A stretch of DNA of 64,000 nucleotides from Thermodesulfobacteriota bacterium (GTDB lineage: Bacteria; Desulfobacterota; Binatia; Bin18): contig OZ219926.1 in NCBI GenBank assembly GCA_964291405.2, positions 1,408,001 through 1,472,000 on the forward strand, read 5' to 3'. The position numbers and the translations under genes were made by a program. The notes below the pieces were generated by a model, which saw only the letters and a program-made list of their open reading frames with translations, was not told where the DNA came from and ran no database searches. Shown one piece after another: positions 40,082-50,127 of the stretch. The first letter of the stretch is position 1, and each line of letters starts with the position of its first letter.

Positions 40082-40843
40082 TCACTGCGCGACCATTCCT
40101 CCGTCAACCGACATGGGGATGCCAGTCACAAACGACGCCGCATCGGAACACAGCCACGCGACGGCTTCCCCGATTTCCGACGACTGACCAAAACGGCCAA
40201 CAGGTTCCATGGCGACGGCGAGTTCATCAAAACCGGGGATGGCTTGCGCGCTGCGCGCGATCATGGGCGTGTCAATCGCACCGGGACACACGGCATTGAC
40301 CCGAATGCCGGCCTTGGCGTATTCCAGCGCAGCCGTTTTCGTCAGACCAACAACCGCGTGTTTGCTGGCCACATAATCAGGCGCCGAGGGGATGCCAATC
40401 AGGCCCGCCGCTGAGGCAGTATTGACGATCGAACCACCGCCGTGGCTGAGCATGTGTTGAATTTCATATTTCATGCACAGCCACACGCCGGTCACGTTCA
40501 CCGCGATCGTGCGATCAAATTCTTCCTCGGTGCAATCAGTGGTGAACTTTGCTGCGCCTTCGATGCCTGCGTTGTTAAACGCGCAGTCGAGCTGCCCATA
40601 CGTTTCGACCGTCTTATGGACGAGTGCTTCAACCTCGACAGCTTTTGAGACATCGGTTTTGACAAAGGTCGCCTCTCCGCCGCCGGCTTGAATTTGCCGA
40701 ACGGTCTCTTCACCGCCTTCGACAGTGATGTCCGCAACTACAACTTTAGCGCCTTCGCGAGCAAAAATGAGTGCCGTTGCCTGGCCAATACCTGAGCCGC
40801 CACCGGTCACCAGGGCCACTTTGCCGTCTAATCGTCCTGCCAT
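40082..40843 (-). CDS. Short-chain dehydrogenase/reductase
   Basis: TGGGSGIG, NNAG, YVASK, RVNAVCPG. Confidence 0.95.
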   Translation of the reverse strand: MAGRLDGKVALVTGGGSGIGQATALIFAREGAKVVVADITVEGGEETVRQIQAGGGEATFVKTDVSKAVEVEALVHKTVETYGQLDCAFNNAGIEGAAKFTTDCTEEEFDRTIAVNVTGVWLCMKYEIQHMLSHGGGSIVNTASAAGLIGIPSAPDYVASKHAVVGLTKTAALEYAKAGIRVNAVCPGAIDTPMIARSAQAIPGFDELAVAMEPVGRFGQSSEIGEAVAWLCSDAASFVTGIPMSVDGGMVAQ

Positions 40844-40979
40844 ACTGTCTTCCTTTCCTTTCCTTTCCGTAGACAAGTTCATACCAGGAATGAACCTGTT
40901 TCTACAGTATGTGCGAAAGCCAGGCAGGGAGAAGTATTGTAGAGGCAGGTAACACTATTGGTGATCCTGTTCCAATCCG

Positions 40980-41130
40980 TGCAACACTATCCGTAGAAGT
41001 GTTGCATGAAACCTGACGGCCACTCCTGAATTTTCAGCACTTTTCCGGGGAGTAAGCCCTTAATTCCGAAAATCTTTCTTTCCGACGTATTTTAGATAAT
41101 GGTACTGCACACCGTGCGCACAGTGTGCAG
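40980..41130. promoter_or_regulatory. Putative enhancer (UAS) palindromes
   Basis: TGCAACACT-N9-AGTGTTGCA (40980-41006) and CTGCACAC-CGTGCGCACA-GTGTGCAG (41105-41130). Confidence 0.55.
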
Positions 41131-41245
41131 CGTGCAGGTATTTGCCGTGCACACTTCTATAGTCTCGCTCCGCTCATTTCCTCCTCCCCCATCTAAACAC
41201 CTGATTCCCCTAGAATTATTTCCTCGCTAATGCTCGCCGGATCGT

Positions 41246-41261
41246 TGGCACCGACATTGCT
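41246..41261 (+). promoter_or_regulatory. Sigma54 -24/-12 promoter
   Basis: TGGCAC-CGACA-TTGCT, exact consensus spacing, 36 nt upstream of ATG 41298. Confidence 0.8.
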
Positions 41262-41297
41262 CTGTTCCATGAGTATCAACCGGATAGGAGAGGAGCG

Positions 41298-41513
41298 ATG
41301 GCGCCAAAAGCCAATCACACGGACACCGCACGTTTTCGTCCTCGTACCAAAGTGTCTCTACAGAAAACCCTGCGTGCGCTTGGCGGGCGTGAGATCGGCG
41401 AGGATGAGTCTTTGCGCGAGGGTGAACATTACGGACTCAGCATTGAGGGGCGGCGGTTTGTGTTTCGTGACCCTACTGCGTTCAACCGTTTTAAGGAGGA
41501 GTTACGCGTATGA
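41298..41513 (+). CDS. Small hypothetical protein, possible Cys-less YHS-like fold
   Basis: Strong RBS (GAGGAG); stop overlaps next ATG (ATGA). Confidence 0.7.
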   Translation: MAPKANHTDTARFRPRTKVSLQKTLRALGGREIGEDESLREGEHYGLSIEGRRFVFRDPTAFNRFKEELRV

Positions 41514-42388
41514 ACGATAAAAAAACGGACAAGGGGATTTTGGTGCGGAAGGTGCAATTCGAGTTTCCCGAGGACTTCAAACCTTACTGGAACTCCACCA
41601 AACCGGTATTCAGTCAGTTGGCCAATGCTGCCTCAATGTTCTTACCGTACATGGAACCGTTTATTATTGATTCTATTCGGAAAGCGCTCCCCCACATCAC
41701 CGACCCCGCCCTGCGCGAAGAAGCCAAAGCCTGGATGGGCCAGGAAGCCCAGCACTTTAAACAACACCGGCAGTTTAACGAGGCGTTGATTGCCGCCGGC
41801 TATCCGCAGCTCCGCGAGCGGGAAAAACAGATAGAGCAGGAGTATCAAACACGCGGCAAACGCTCCCTCAAATACCAAGTCGCCTACACCGCCGGCTTTG
41901 AAGTCATGGCTCTGTCGATCGCGCATACGCTGCTCGAACAGCGTGAATATTTCTTTGGCGAAGCCGACCGGCCTGTAGCTTCTATGTGGCTCTGGCATTT
42001 GATCGAGGAAATCGAGCACAAGAATCTCGCCTTTGATGTGTATCAACATGTATATGGCGGGCACTGGTACCGCGCCTACGGCATTGTGTGTGCCCTTATC
42101 CATCAAGTGGGCATGATGCGGGGCACGTATATCGAGTTACTTAAAGCCGATGGACTATGGGGGAAGTGGAAGACGCACTGGGAAATTAAAAAGATTGCCT
42201 TCCGCTTATTCGTCTCCTTCCTCCCACGGACAATCCGTTACGCCATGCCGGGCCATCATCCGTCTCGTGTCGCCAATCCGGAATGGATGAAGGAGTGGGT
42301 CGCGCTCTTCGACAAAGGGGAAGTTGGGCTGACTAAGCTCGATACTACCAAGATGGGCTTGTCGCCAAAGGATATGTTGCCTGCGTGA
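41510..42388 (+). CDS. Predicted metal-dependent hydrolase / ferritin-like EXXH protein
   Basis: LPYME, GQEAQH, AGFE, WHLIEEIEHKNLAFD; paralogue of 28782-29690. Confidence 0.85.
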   Translation: MNDKKTDKGILVRKVQFEFPEDFKPYWNSTKPVFSQLANAASMFLPYMEPFIIDSIRKALPHITDPALREEAKAWMGQEAQHFKQHRQFNEALIAAGYPQLREREKQIEQEYQTRGKRSLKYQVAYTAGFEVMALSIAHTLLEQREYFFGEADRPVASMWLWHLIEEIEHKNLAFDVYQHVYGGHWYRAYGIVCALIHQVGMMRGTYIELLKADGLWGKWKTHWEIKKIAFRLFVSFLPRTIRYAMPGHHPSRVANPEWMKEWVALFDKGEVGLTKLDTTKMGLSPKDMLPA

Positions 42389-42582
42389 TGGATGGTCTGG
42401 CAGAAATCATTACCGCCCGAGGCGAAGGCTTCGAGCAGACCATGCAGCATACGAGCGCCTGGTTTCAGGAACATCTGCCGGTACGCTAAGGCGAACCATA
42501 CAGCTACGAGGTATCACACGGTGGGTTGGACGATGTTTCGATACTCTACCCGGACATGAAGGAAGAGAAAGGAAGCTGAGCA

Positions 42583-44328
42583 ATGCACGATCTTATCATT
42601 CAAGGTGGAACGATTGTTGATGGAACCGGACAGCCGAGTTTCACCGGCGATGTTGCAGTGACGGATGGCAAGGTTAGCGGGGTCGGCTCGGATTTGGGCC
42701 GAGCGAAACGGACATTAAAGGCGGACGGACTGATAGTGGCCCCTGGCTGGGTGGATGTGCATACCCATTACGATGGTCAGGTATCGTGGGACCCGCTGCT
42801 GACTCCATCTTTATGGCATGGAGTGTCGACGATCGTGATGGGCAACTGCGGCGTGGGCTTTGCACCGGTTGTACCCGAGCGTCGCGAAGAACTGATTGGC
42901 ATGATGGAGAGCGTTGAGGATATTCCGCGCCAATCCTTGACCGCTGGCATCGATTGGCAGTGGGAAACCTTCCCGGAATATCTGGACGCGCTCGACGCTA
43001 TTCCCCGCACGATTGATGTTGGCACGCAGATACCGCATATCCCCTTGCGTCTGTACGTCATGGGCGAGCGGGGAGCTGGCAAAGAACCAGCCACACCAGA
43101 AGATATCGAACAAATGGCGACCATGACTCGGGCGGCTATCGAAGCCGGTGCGCTAGGCTTCTCCACTTCTCGGACTATGGTGCATGCTACGCCGGAAGGC
43201 GTGCCCGTCCCCGGTACCTTTGCCAGTCCGGACGAGTTGTTGGGTATTGGTCGCGGGATTACCCAAACCGGACGCGGCCTCATGGAAGTCGTCTCAGATG
43301 CCGTACTTGGACAGAACATTGATAGCGAACTGGGCTGGATGCAGGAGTTGGCGGCAACTGGCTGCCCGGTGACATTTCTACTCGCACAGACGAATCCACA
43401 GCCTCATGTCTGGCGGGATATTTTGCAGCGCTGTGAAGCGGCCACGAACAGCGGGGCGCGGATTATTCCGCAGGTCTTTGCCCGACCGGTTACCATTCTG
43501 TTCAGTTTTCAAGGGGAAAACCCATTCCAATATTTGCCGAGCTATGCACCGCTCAAGGACCTCCCGCATGAAGAAAAAATGCAGGCCCTCCGCAACCCTG
43601 ATGTGCGGAGGCGTTTACTAGCTGAGGAGGACCCAAACACGGCTGGTATGTCTATCTTGTATCAACAGGAATCCACGTGGCAGATGACCTACCCCATAGG
43701 CCAGCCGCTCAACTACTTCCCCGATGGAGACAATAACGTCGCTGCCATAGCCGCCCAGCGCGGCTGCAATCCGCGCGAGGTTGTGTACGACCTGTTGTTA
43801 GAGGACAACGGGCGGGCCTTCCTCATGTATGCCATTGCCGGCTATGCCGAGCAGAGTCGTGACCCGTTGTACGAAATGCTGACCCATCCCCTGACCGTCA
43901 TGGGTGGGAGTGACTCGGGTGCTCATATGCGCACGATCTGCGATGCCAGTGTCCAGACCTTTATGCTGATCGACTGGGTACGGGACCGCACCGAAGACGA
44001 TCCGTACCATCTGCCGATTGAACTTGTGGTCAAGAAGCAGAGCCGCGATACAGCCCGGCTGTTCGGCATGCACGATCGGGGCACGTTAGAGCTCGGCATG
44101 AAGGCTGATTTGAACCTCATAGACCTGGGCGCGCTCCGCATTGAGAAGCCGGAAATGGTGCACGACCTGCCCGCCGATATGCCCCGCCTGATGCAGACGG
44201 CCCACGGTTACGTGGCCTCGTTGGTCAGTGGAGAGATTGTACAAGAAAACGGCAAAGCAGCCGGAGCCCGTCCGGGGAAAGTCGTCAGAAGCGGCACGTG
44301 TGCACAACAGCAGCGGGTGGCTGCTTGA
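42583..44328 (+). CDS. N-acyl-D-amino-acid deacylase family amidohydrolase
   Basis: PGWVDVHTHYD, GNCG, SDSGAH, DRG...G.KADLN. Confidence 0.92.
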   Translation: MHDLIIQGGTIVDGTGQPSFTGDVAVTDGKVSGVGSDLGRAKRTLKADGLIVAPGWVDVHTHYDGQVSWDPLLTPSLWHGVSTIVMGNCGVGFAPVVPERREELIGMMESVEDIPRQSLTAGIDWQWETFPEYLDALDAIPRTIDVGTQIPHIPLRLYVMGERGAGKEPATPEDIEQMATMTRAAIEAGALGFSTSRTMVHATPEGVPVPGTFASPDELLGIGRGITQTGRGLMEVVSDAVLGQNIDSELGWMQELAATGCPVTFLLAQTNPQPHVWRDILQRCEAATNSGARIIPQVFARPVTILFSFQGENPFQYLPSYAPLKDLPHEEKMQALRNPDVRRRLLAEEDPNTAGMSILYQQESTWQMTYPIGQPLNYFPDGDNNVAAIAAQRGCNPREVVYDLLLEDNGRAFLMYAIAGYAEQSRDPLYEMLTHPLTVMGGSDSGAHMRTICDASVQTFMLIDWVRDRTEDDPYHLPIELVVKKQSRDTARLFGMHDRGTLELGMKADLNLIDLGALRIEKPEMVHDLPADMPRLMQTAHGYVASLVSGEIVQENGKAAGARPGKVVRSGTCAQQQRVAA

Positions 44329-44387
44329 TGACGAGACTCAAAATAATCAATACGCACCAAAACAACAGGGAGAAAAAGGAGGACCCT

Positions 44388-45527
44388 ATGCAGTTCGGTA
44401 TGTTGTATGAGATGGAAACGCCTCGCCCGTGGAATAAACGGAGTAGCTATAACGTCTACCACGAAGCCTTGGCCCAGATTGAGCTGGCCGATAAACTTGG
44501 CTTCGACTATGTGTGGGAAGTTGAACACCACTTTCTGGAGGAATATTCACATAGTCCAGCTCCCGAAGTGTTCTATGGTGCGGTATCTCAGCGAACCAAA
44601 AATATCCGCATTGCCCACGGGGTACGTCTCCTGCCGCATCGCTTTAACCACCCCATTAAAATTGCTGAACAGGCTGCTGTGCTCGATATTCTGAGCAACG
44701 GCCGTATGGACCTGGGCACGGGCCGCTCAACCACGGCGCAGGAGCTTGACGGCTTTGGTGTGGATTATGATCGGACGCGACTGGAAGTCCGTGAGGCGTT
44801 GGATGTGATTGTCAAAGCCTGGACTGACGAGATTCTGGAATATAAAGGCGAGACTATTACTGTACCGCCACGCATGGTGGTGCCCAAACCCATTCAGGAG
44901 CCGCATCCACCGATGTGGATGGCCTGTGTAGCGCCGGACAGCTACGAGATGGCAGCCGACCGTGGACTCGGCGTCCTGAGCTTTAGTTTCAATTGGGACG
45001 GTGTGCAAGCCTCAATTGACGCCTATCGTCAAGCGTGTCCGAAGCGTTCGGATCAAGTTGTCAAAGTCGTGAATGAACGGTTCGCCGGTTTGGTTATTTG
45101 TCATGTGTCAGGAACCAAAGACGAAGAGACGACAGGTATCGAGGGCGCCCGCTGGTTTCTGCACAATATCGCGAAACTGTTTGAGCCGCTGATGGTAAAA
45201 AACCAGTTGTACTCCTACGAATACCTGCGCGCCCTGTTCGACCTAGGGGCGGACGCCAATGATCTCAGCGATGCTGAGATCAAGGCACATCCCATGGTCA
45301 TCGTAGGCAACCCTGATGAAGTCAATCGCAAGCTGGAAAAGTTTCATGCGTCGGGTCTCGACCAGATTATCTTCTTCAAGCAGGCGGGTCGTATTCCGCA
45401 CCAGAACATCATGCGCTCGATTCGCCGGATTGGAGAGTCTGTCATTCCATATTTCAATCCCAGCAAGGCGGTTGTGACTGAGGTTGACCCGCAGTGGGCC
45501 GAAGAAAAGGTCGCAGTCGGACAATAG
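44388..45527 (+). CDS. LLM-class flavin-dependent oxidoreductase
   Basis: WEVEHHFLEEYSHSPAPE, LDILSNGRMDLGTGRS, PKPIQEPHPPMW. Confidence 0.92.
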   Translation: MQFGMLYEMETPRPWNKRSSYNVYHEALAQIELADKLGFDYVWEVEHHFLEEYSHSPAPEVFYGAVSQRTKNIRIAHGVRLLPHRFNHPIKIAEQAAVLDILSNGRMDLGTGRSTTAQELDGFGVDYDRTRLEVREALDVIVKAWTDEILEYKGETITVPPRMVVPKPIQEPHPPMWMACVAPDSYEMAADRGLGVLSFSFNWDGVQASIDAYRQACPKRSDQVVKVVNERFAGLVICHVSGTKDEETTGIEGARWFLHNIAKLFEPLMVKNQLYSYEYLRALFDLGADANDLSDAEIKAHPMVIVGNPDEVNRKLEKFHASGLDQIIFFKQAGRIPHQNIMRSIRRIGESVIPYFNPSKAVVTEVDPQWAEEKVAVGQ

Positions 45528-45640
45528 CAGCGCGCCAAGCGACCGGTCGGTTGGACGCCACACGGCCATCACACAGGTCTCCGCGTATTCTCTTTTGGAG
45601 CCGGTGTGGCCGTACTTGAGGTGACATACAGGAGAGAGAT

Positions 45641-46792
45641 ATGGCAAAGGCACAAAGCGGGCTGATTGTCGATGCAGACGGGCATGTCTTAGAGCCCTTG
45701 GATACATGGCAGAAGTATATTGACCCTCAATACCGAGACCGGGCCGTGCGTATGGAGCACGATGAGAACGGCTGGGAAGTATTGCTGTTCGATAACAAGC
45801 CGTGTGAAGTCGCCCGTGGCACGCTCGGCGCGATTGGCGGTGTGGGCTCAGATGCCGAAGAACTCGAAGCCTTTTTCACCCCAGGCAAGCGCACGTATGC
45901 GGATGGCGCGCCGCTGGGCAGTTACGACCCGAAGGCGCGTATCAAAGTCATGGATGAAGAGCAGATTGATGTTGCTCTACTGTATCCGACTATTGGGATC
46001 TTCTGGGAAGGCTGGATCACGGAAGCCAAGCTGGCCGCAGCGTATACGCGGGCGTATAACCGTTGGATTATAGACTTCTGCAGCGACCATCCCAAACGGC
46101 TCTTTCCGATCGCCCATATCTCTTTGCTCGATCCGGAAGGTGCGGCAGATGAAGTAAAGTGGGCCAAGGAGCAGGGCTGTGTCGGCGTGTACCTGTCCCC
46201 GGATATGCCTGCCCGAGGTGGAAAACATTTTGATGATTCGGCCTTTGTCCGTTTTTGGGAGACCGTGCAGGATTTAGACATGCCGGTCGGGTTTCATGTG
46301 ATAGTGCGCGATCAACCGTCATTTCAAGAATGGCTCAAGCCGGATGCGTCAGCCGGGTTGTTTACCTTTGCCTTCCTGGCCATTGATGTCATGGCCGCCT
46401 TCACCCAGATGATGTCGCTCGGCATGTTTGAGAAGTACCCACGTCTGAAATGTACTGTCCTCGAATCCGGTGCGAACTGGATCTCGGCCTGGCTTGACCG
46501 ACTCGACCATAAGTATCGCCCCATGGCCAGCCGGACCAATCTCAAAATGCCACCGAGTGAGTACTTCTATCGTCAATGCCTGGTGTCGGCAGATCCTGAT
46601 GAGACGCTGACCGCCAAGGTCATCGAACATATTGGTTCGGACTATTTTCTGTGGGCGTCAGACTATCCGCATATTGATGCCGACTTCGGTGTAGTCAAAG
46701 AACTCAAGGAGCGCATTGCGCCGTTGCCCGTGACAGATCAGCGCAAGGTGCTGGGCGAAAATGCAATCCGTTTCTATGGATTGAACGTGTGA
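45641..46792 (+). CDS. Amidohydrolase_2 family protein
   Basis: DADGH, LYPT, AYNRW, GFH, WASDYPH.D. Confidence 0.92.
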   Translation: MAKAQSGLIVDADGHVLEPLDTWQKYIDPQYRDRAVRMEHDENGWEVLLFDNKPCEVARGTLGAIGGVGSDAEELEAFFTPGKRTYADGAPLGSYDPKARIKVMDEEQIDVALLYPTIGIFWEGWITEAKLAAAYTRAYNRWIIDFCSDHPKRLFPIAHISLLDPEGAADEVKWAKEQGCVGVYLSPDMPARGGKHFDDSAFVRFWETVQDLDMPVGFHVIVRDQPSFQEWLKPDASAGLFTFAFLAIDVMAAFTQMMSLGMFEKYPRLKCTVLESGANWISAWLDRLDHKYRPMASRTNLKMPPSEYFYRQCLVSADPDETLTAKVIEHIGSDYFLWASDYPHIDADFGVVKELKERIAPLPVTDQRKVLGENAIRFYGLNV

Positions 46793-46839
46793 GATAGGGA
46801 CATCCGGTTCGAATTCCTGACTGGCGAAGGAGGAGCAGC

Positions 46840-47262
46840 ATGGCTGGCCGATTAGCCGGAAAAGTAGCAGTGGTGACTGGCGGCAGTTCAGGTATAGGCC
46901 GGGCTACCGCGCAGATTTTTGCCCGTGAAGGGGCCAAGGTTGTTGTGGCCGATGTCGGAGTTGAGGGCGGCGCAGAAACCGTGCGCCTGATTACCGGCTC
47001 GGGTGGAGAAGCAACATTTGTCCAAACCGATGTCGGGCAAATGGAAATCCCGGTGCCGATGACTCAGGCATTAGCCACAGACGGCAAGCTGTATCGGGTC
47101 ACAGCAGACGGCCAACCCCATCTCGTGGCCGCAGGCTTTATCAATCCAACCGGCGTCCTGGTTGTTGATGACGCCGTGTGGGTCTCGGATATCAATGGGG
47201 ACTTTATTGCGGGTAAGCGTGAGCTGCCGGAAGGCTTTGTGGTGAAAGTGCAGGCGCAATAA
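46840..47262 (+). pseudogene. In-frame chimera: SDR N-terminus joined to an unrelated beta-propeller-like C-terminus
   Basis: First about 65 aa match the SDRs at 40843 and 52546 up to QTDV; the remainder (GKLYRVTADG...AAGFINPTGV....VWVSD) is not SDR-like; no YxxxK. Confidence 0.7.
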
Positions 47263-47324
47263 CACGACGAAACAGGGGGTTGAAAGGGTAAGGATGAGCG
47301 CCTTGTGAAAAGGAGGGCTTAGGT

Positions 47325-47657
47325 ATGTCAACGCGCGAAAAGGTGTATGCGGTTCTGGTTATCGTGGGAGTTCTCCTCCCCATGTACTACAACGTCCAGT
47401 ACATGGGCGCAGGTGGGAATCTTCTGGTTGATTTTTTCACCGTGCCGATGGAAAGCGCGGTGACAGCCTCGCTCCTGTTCGACCTGTTAGTCGCGTTTAT
47501 CGCGTATAACGTTTGGTTATTCTCCGAGGGACGAACGCTGGGGACGCGTAATTTTGTTATCTGCCTCGCGGTCTCATGGCTGGTGGCATTTTCCGCCGGT
47601 CTACCGTTATTCCTGTTGCTCCGTGAGCGGCAGAGACGGTTTGCTGAGAGCGCTTAG
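47325..47657 (+). CDS. DUF2834-like membrane protein
   Basis: SLLFDL...EGR.LG...VAFSAGLPLFLLLRER. Confidence 0.75.
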   Translation: MSTREKVYAVLVIVGVLLPMYYNVQYMGAGGNLLVDFFTVPMESAVTASLLFDLLVAFIAYNVWLFSEGRTLGTRNFVICLAVSWLVAFSAGLPLFLLLRERQRRFAESA

Positions 47658-47680
47658 ACTCGTTAAGGAGGGGTTTCCGT

Positions 47681-48868
47681 ATGGACTTTAATCCACTCTC
47701 CCCGGAGGTAACTGCCAACCCGTATCCGTACTACACCGAGCTGAGGAACAAAGCCCCGGTCATTTGGCTTGAGACTTTTCAGTGCTGGGCGCTGAGTCGG
47801 TATGCTGATGTGGACTTTGCCCTGCGGAACCCGCAAATTTTCTCATCTTCGGTATTTACGGCTGAAGCCATGGGCGATCTGAATCCCGTCCCAGAGGTAC
47901 CGTGGATTCTCGATATGAATCCTCCCGACCATACCCGGCTGCGGAAGCTGGCGAATAAGGGCTTCGCACCGCGCCTGATCCGGGCACTGGAGCCGCGTGT
48001 GCGGGCGACTACCCAAGAACTGATCGGAGCCCTGCGCAGTCAGCCGGAGGGTGATCTCGTTGCAACCCTCTCCGGACCGCTCCCAACGACCGTGATCGCG
48101 GAAATGCTCGGTGTCGAGCCTGAACGGCGCGATGACTTTAAGGTCTGGTCGGATGACGTGGTCAGAGCAACAAGTCGTCCGACTGACGAGACCGAGCGGG
48201 CTCAGATTCGCAAGAGCGAAGCTGAACTCCGGGCCTATTTTGAGCAGATGATAGAGCGCCGACGAACGGAGCCTGGAGAGGACGTGATTACTGCTCTGGT
48301 GCAAGCCGAAGAGGAGCACGATATGCTGTCTTCAAAAGAGATTCTCGCTTTGGCCGTCTTACTGCTGTTAGCCGGGAATGAGACCACGACCAACTTAATT
48401 GGAAATGCAGTTCTTACCTTACTCGACCACCCTGATGAATTGGCAAAAGTTCGTGCGGATCGTTCGCTCGTGCCGGCGCTAGTCGAGGAAGTCCTGCGTT
48501 ATAATTCGCCCGTTCAGGTCATTTTTCGTCGGACGGCCCAGGATGTGGAGATGGAAGGCAGTAAGATTCCAGCCGGACAGAACGTCTTTTTACTATTGGG
48601 ATCGGCAAACCGCGATGAGCGTCAATTCCCCGAGCCAGATCGTTTTGACATCGCCCGCAATCCGCAGGATCACGTCGCCTTTGGCTATGGCATCCATTAT
48701 TGCTTGGGCGCACCGTTGGCTCGGCTGGAAGGCCGGAATGCGTTAGAAGCGCTGCTGTTTGACTGTCCCCCTTTTCGTCTTGCAGTTGAACGGGTCGATC
48801 CGATTGCGTCGCTCATTGTCCGGGGCCCACAGACTTTACCGCTCCGGTTTGATACAGCAGGAGCGTAG
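47681..48868 (+). CDS. Cytochrome P450
   Basis: AGNETT, EEVLR, FGYGIHYCLG. Confidence 0.95.
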   Translation: MDFNPLSPEVTANPYPYYTELRNKAPVIWLETFQCWALSRYADVDFALRNPQIFSSSVFTAEAMGDLNPVPEVPWILDMNPPDHTRLRKLANKGFAPRLIRALEPRVRATTQELIGALRSQPEGDLVATLSGPLPTTVIAEMLGVEPERRDDFKVWSDDVVRATSRPTDETERAQIRKSEAELRAYFEQMIERRRTEPGEDVITALVQAEEEHDMLSSKEILALAVLLLLAGNETTTNLIGNAVLTLLDHPDELAKVRADRSLVPALVEEVLRYNSPVQVIFRRTAQDVEMEGSKIPAGQNVFLLLGSANRDERQFPEPDRFDIARNPQDHVAFGYGIHYCLGAPLARLEGRNALEALLFDCPPFRLAVERVDPIASLIVRGPQTLPLRFDTAGA

Positions 48869-48895
48869 AGTCTGAGCAAAAAAAGGAGGAATACC

Positions 48896-50104
48896 ATGGC
48901 AGTGCAGGGAACGTGCGATCAAAAGTTTCAGGAAGTACGGCAGGAGTTCGAGCGCAATTTTGCAGAGCGTGGTGAAGTTGGCGCCTCGGTGTGTGTGACC
49001 GTCGGCGGGCAAACCGTAGTTGACCTGTGGGGCGGGACGGCCAATACCGAGACCAATACGCCGTGGACGGATGAGACGGTCAGCATCGTCTTTTCCTCAA
49101 CAAAGGGGGCGACGGCTATCTGCGCTCACGTGCTGGCCTCGCGCGGCCAACTCGACCTCGACGCGCCGGTCGCCAGCTACTGGCCCGAGTTTGCCCAGGC
49201 CGGCAAAGAACATATCCAGGTAAAGATGCTGCTCAATCATCAGGCCGGCCTACCAGCCGTGCGCAAGGATCTGCCGCAAGGGGCCTATGCGGATTGGGAT
49301 TTGATGGTCGATGCTCTGGCCAAAGAAGAACCGTTTTGGGAGCCCGGCACCCGGAACGGCTACCATGCCCTCACCTATGGCTGGCTGATCGGCGAGGTGG
49401 TCCGACGCGTCTCCGGCAAGTCACTCGGCACCTTCTTTCGGGACGAGATCGCCCAGCCCCTGGGTCTGGACTTCTGGATCGGTTTACCCGAAGACAAAGA
49501 ATCCAGGGTCGCCCCCATGATTGCCGCCGAGCCCGACCTGAACAGCGCACTCTTTCAGGAAATGGCCATACCGGGCACGCTGGCGGCCTTGGCTATACTC
49601 AACGTCGGAGGTTATATGGGCGCCGTTCCCGAGTATGACACCCGGGCCGCGCACGCCGCGGAAATCGGCGGGGCGGGCGGGATCACCAATGCCCGTGGGC
49701 TAGCGGGCATGTATGAGCCACTCGCCCTGGGCGGCAAAAAAGGCGGCGTCGAACTGGTCAACTCCGAGACCCTGGCTCGGATGGGCCGCGTGTCGTCTTC
49801 AACCGGCAGAGACGCCGTGCTGGTCATGCCGACCCGGTTTGCCCTGGGCTTTATGAAAACCATGGACAACCGCCAGGAGCCGGCTGGCGTGCAGGATAGT
49901 GTCCTGTTCTCGGAGGAGGCGTTCGGGCATGTTGGCGCGGGCGGCTCGTTCGGTTTTGCCGACCCGAAAGCCGGCATGTCGTTTGGCTATACCATGAACC
50001 GGATGGGCTCAGGCGCATCCCTTAACGAGCGGGGACAGAGCTTGGTCGATGCCGTCTATCGCGCGCTCGGTTATCAGTCCAGTGAATCGGGTGCCTGGAG
50101 GTAA
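48896..50104 (+). CDS. Beta-lactamase-family serine hydrolase (family VIII esterase)
   Basis: SSTK, HQAGL, WEPGTRNGYH, FGHVGAGGS. Confidence 0.92.
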   Translation: MAVQGTCDQKFQEVRQEFERNFAERGEVGASVCVTVGGQTVVDLWGGTANTETNTPWTDETVSIVFSSTKGATAICAHVLASRGQLDLDAPVASYWPEFAQAGKEHIQVKMLLNHQAGLPAVRKDLPQGAYADWDLMVDALAKEEPFWEPGTRNGYHALTYGWLIGEVVRRVSGKSLGTFFRDEIAQPLGLDFWIGLPEDKESRVAPMIAAEPDLNSALFQEMAIPGTLAALAILNVGGYMGAVPEYDTRAAHAAEIGGAGGITNARGLAGMYEPLALGGKKGGVELVNSETLARMGRVSSSTGRDAVLVMPTRFALGFMKTMDNRQEPAGVQDSVLFSEEAFGHVGAGGSFGFADPKAGMSFGYTMNRMGSGASLNERGQSLVDAVYRALGYQSSESGAWR

Positions 50105-50127
50105 GCGCAGCGTTACAGGAGGGTTGA

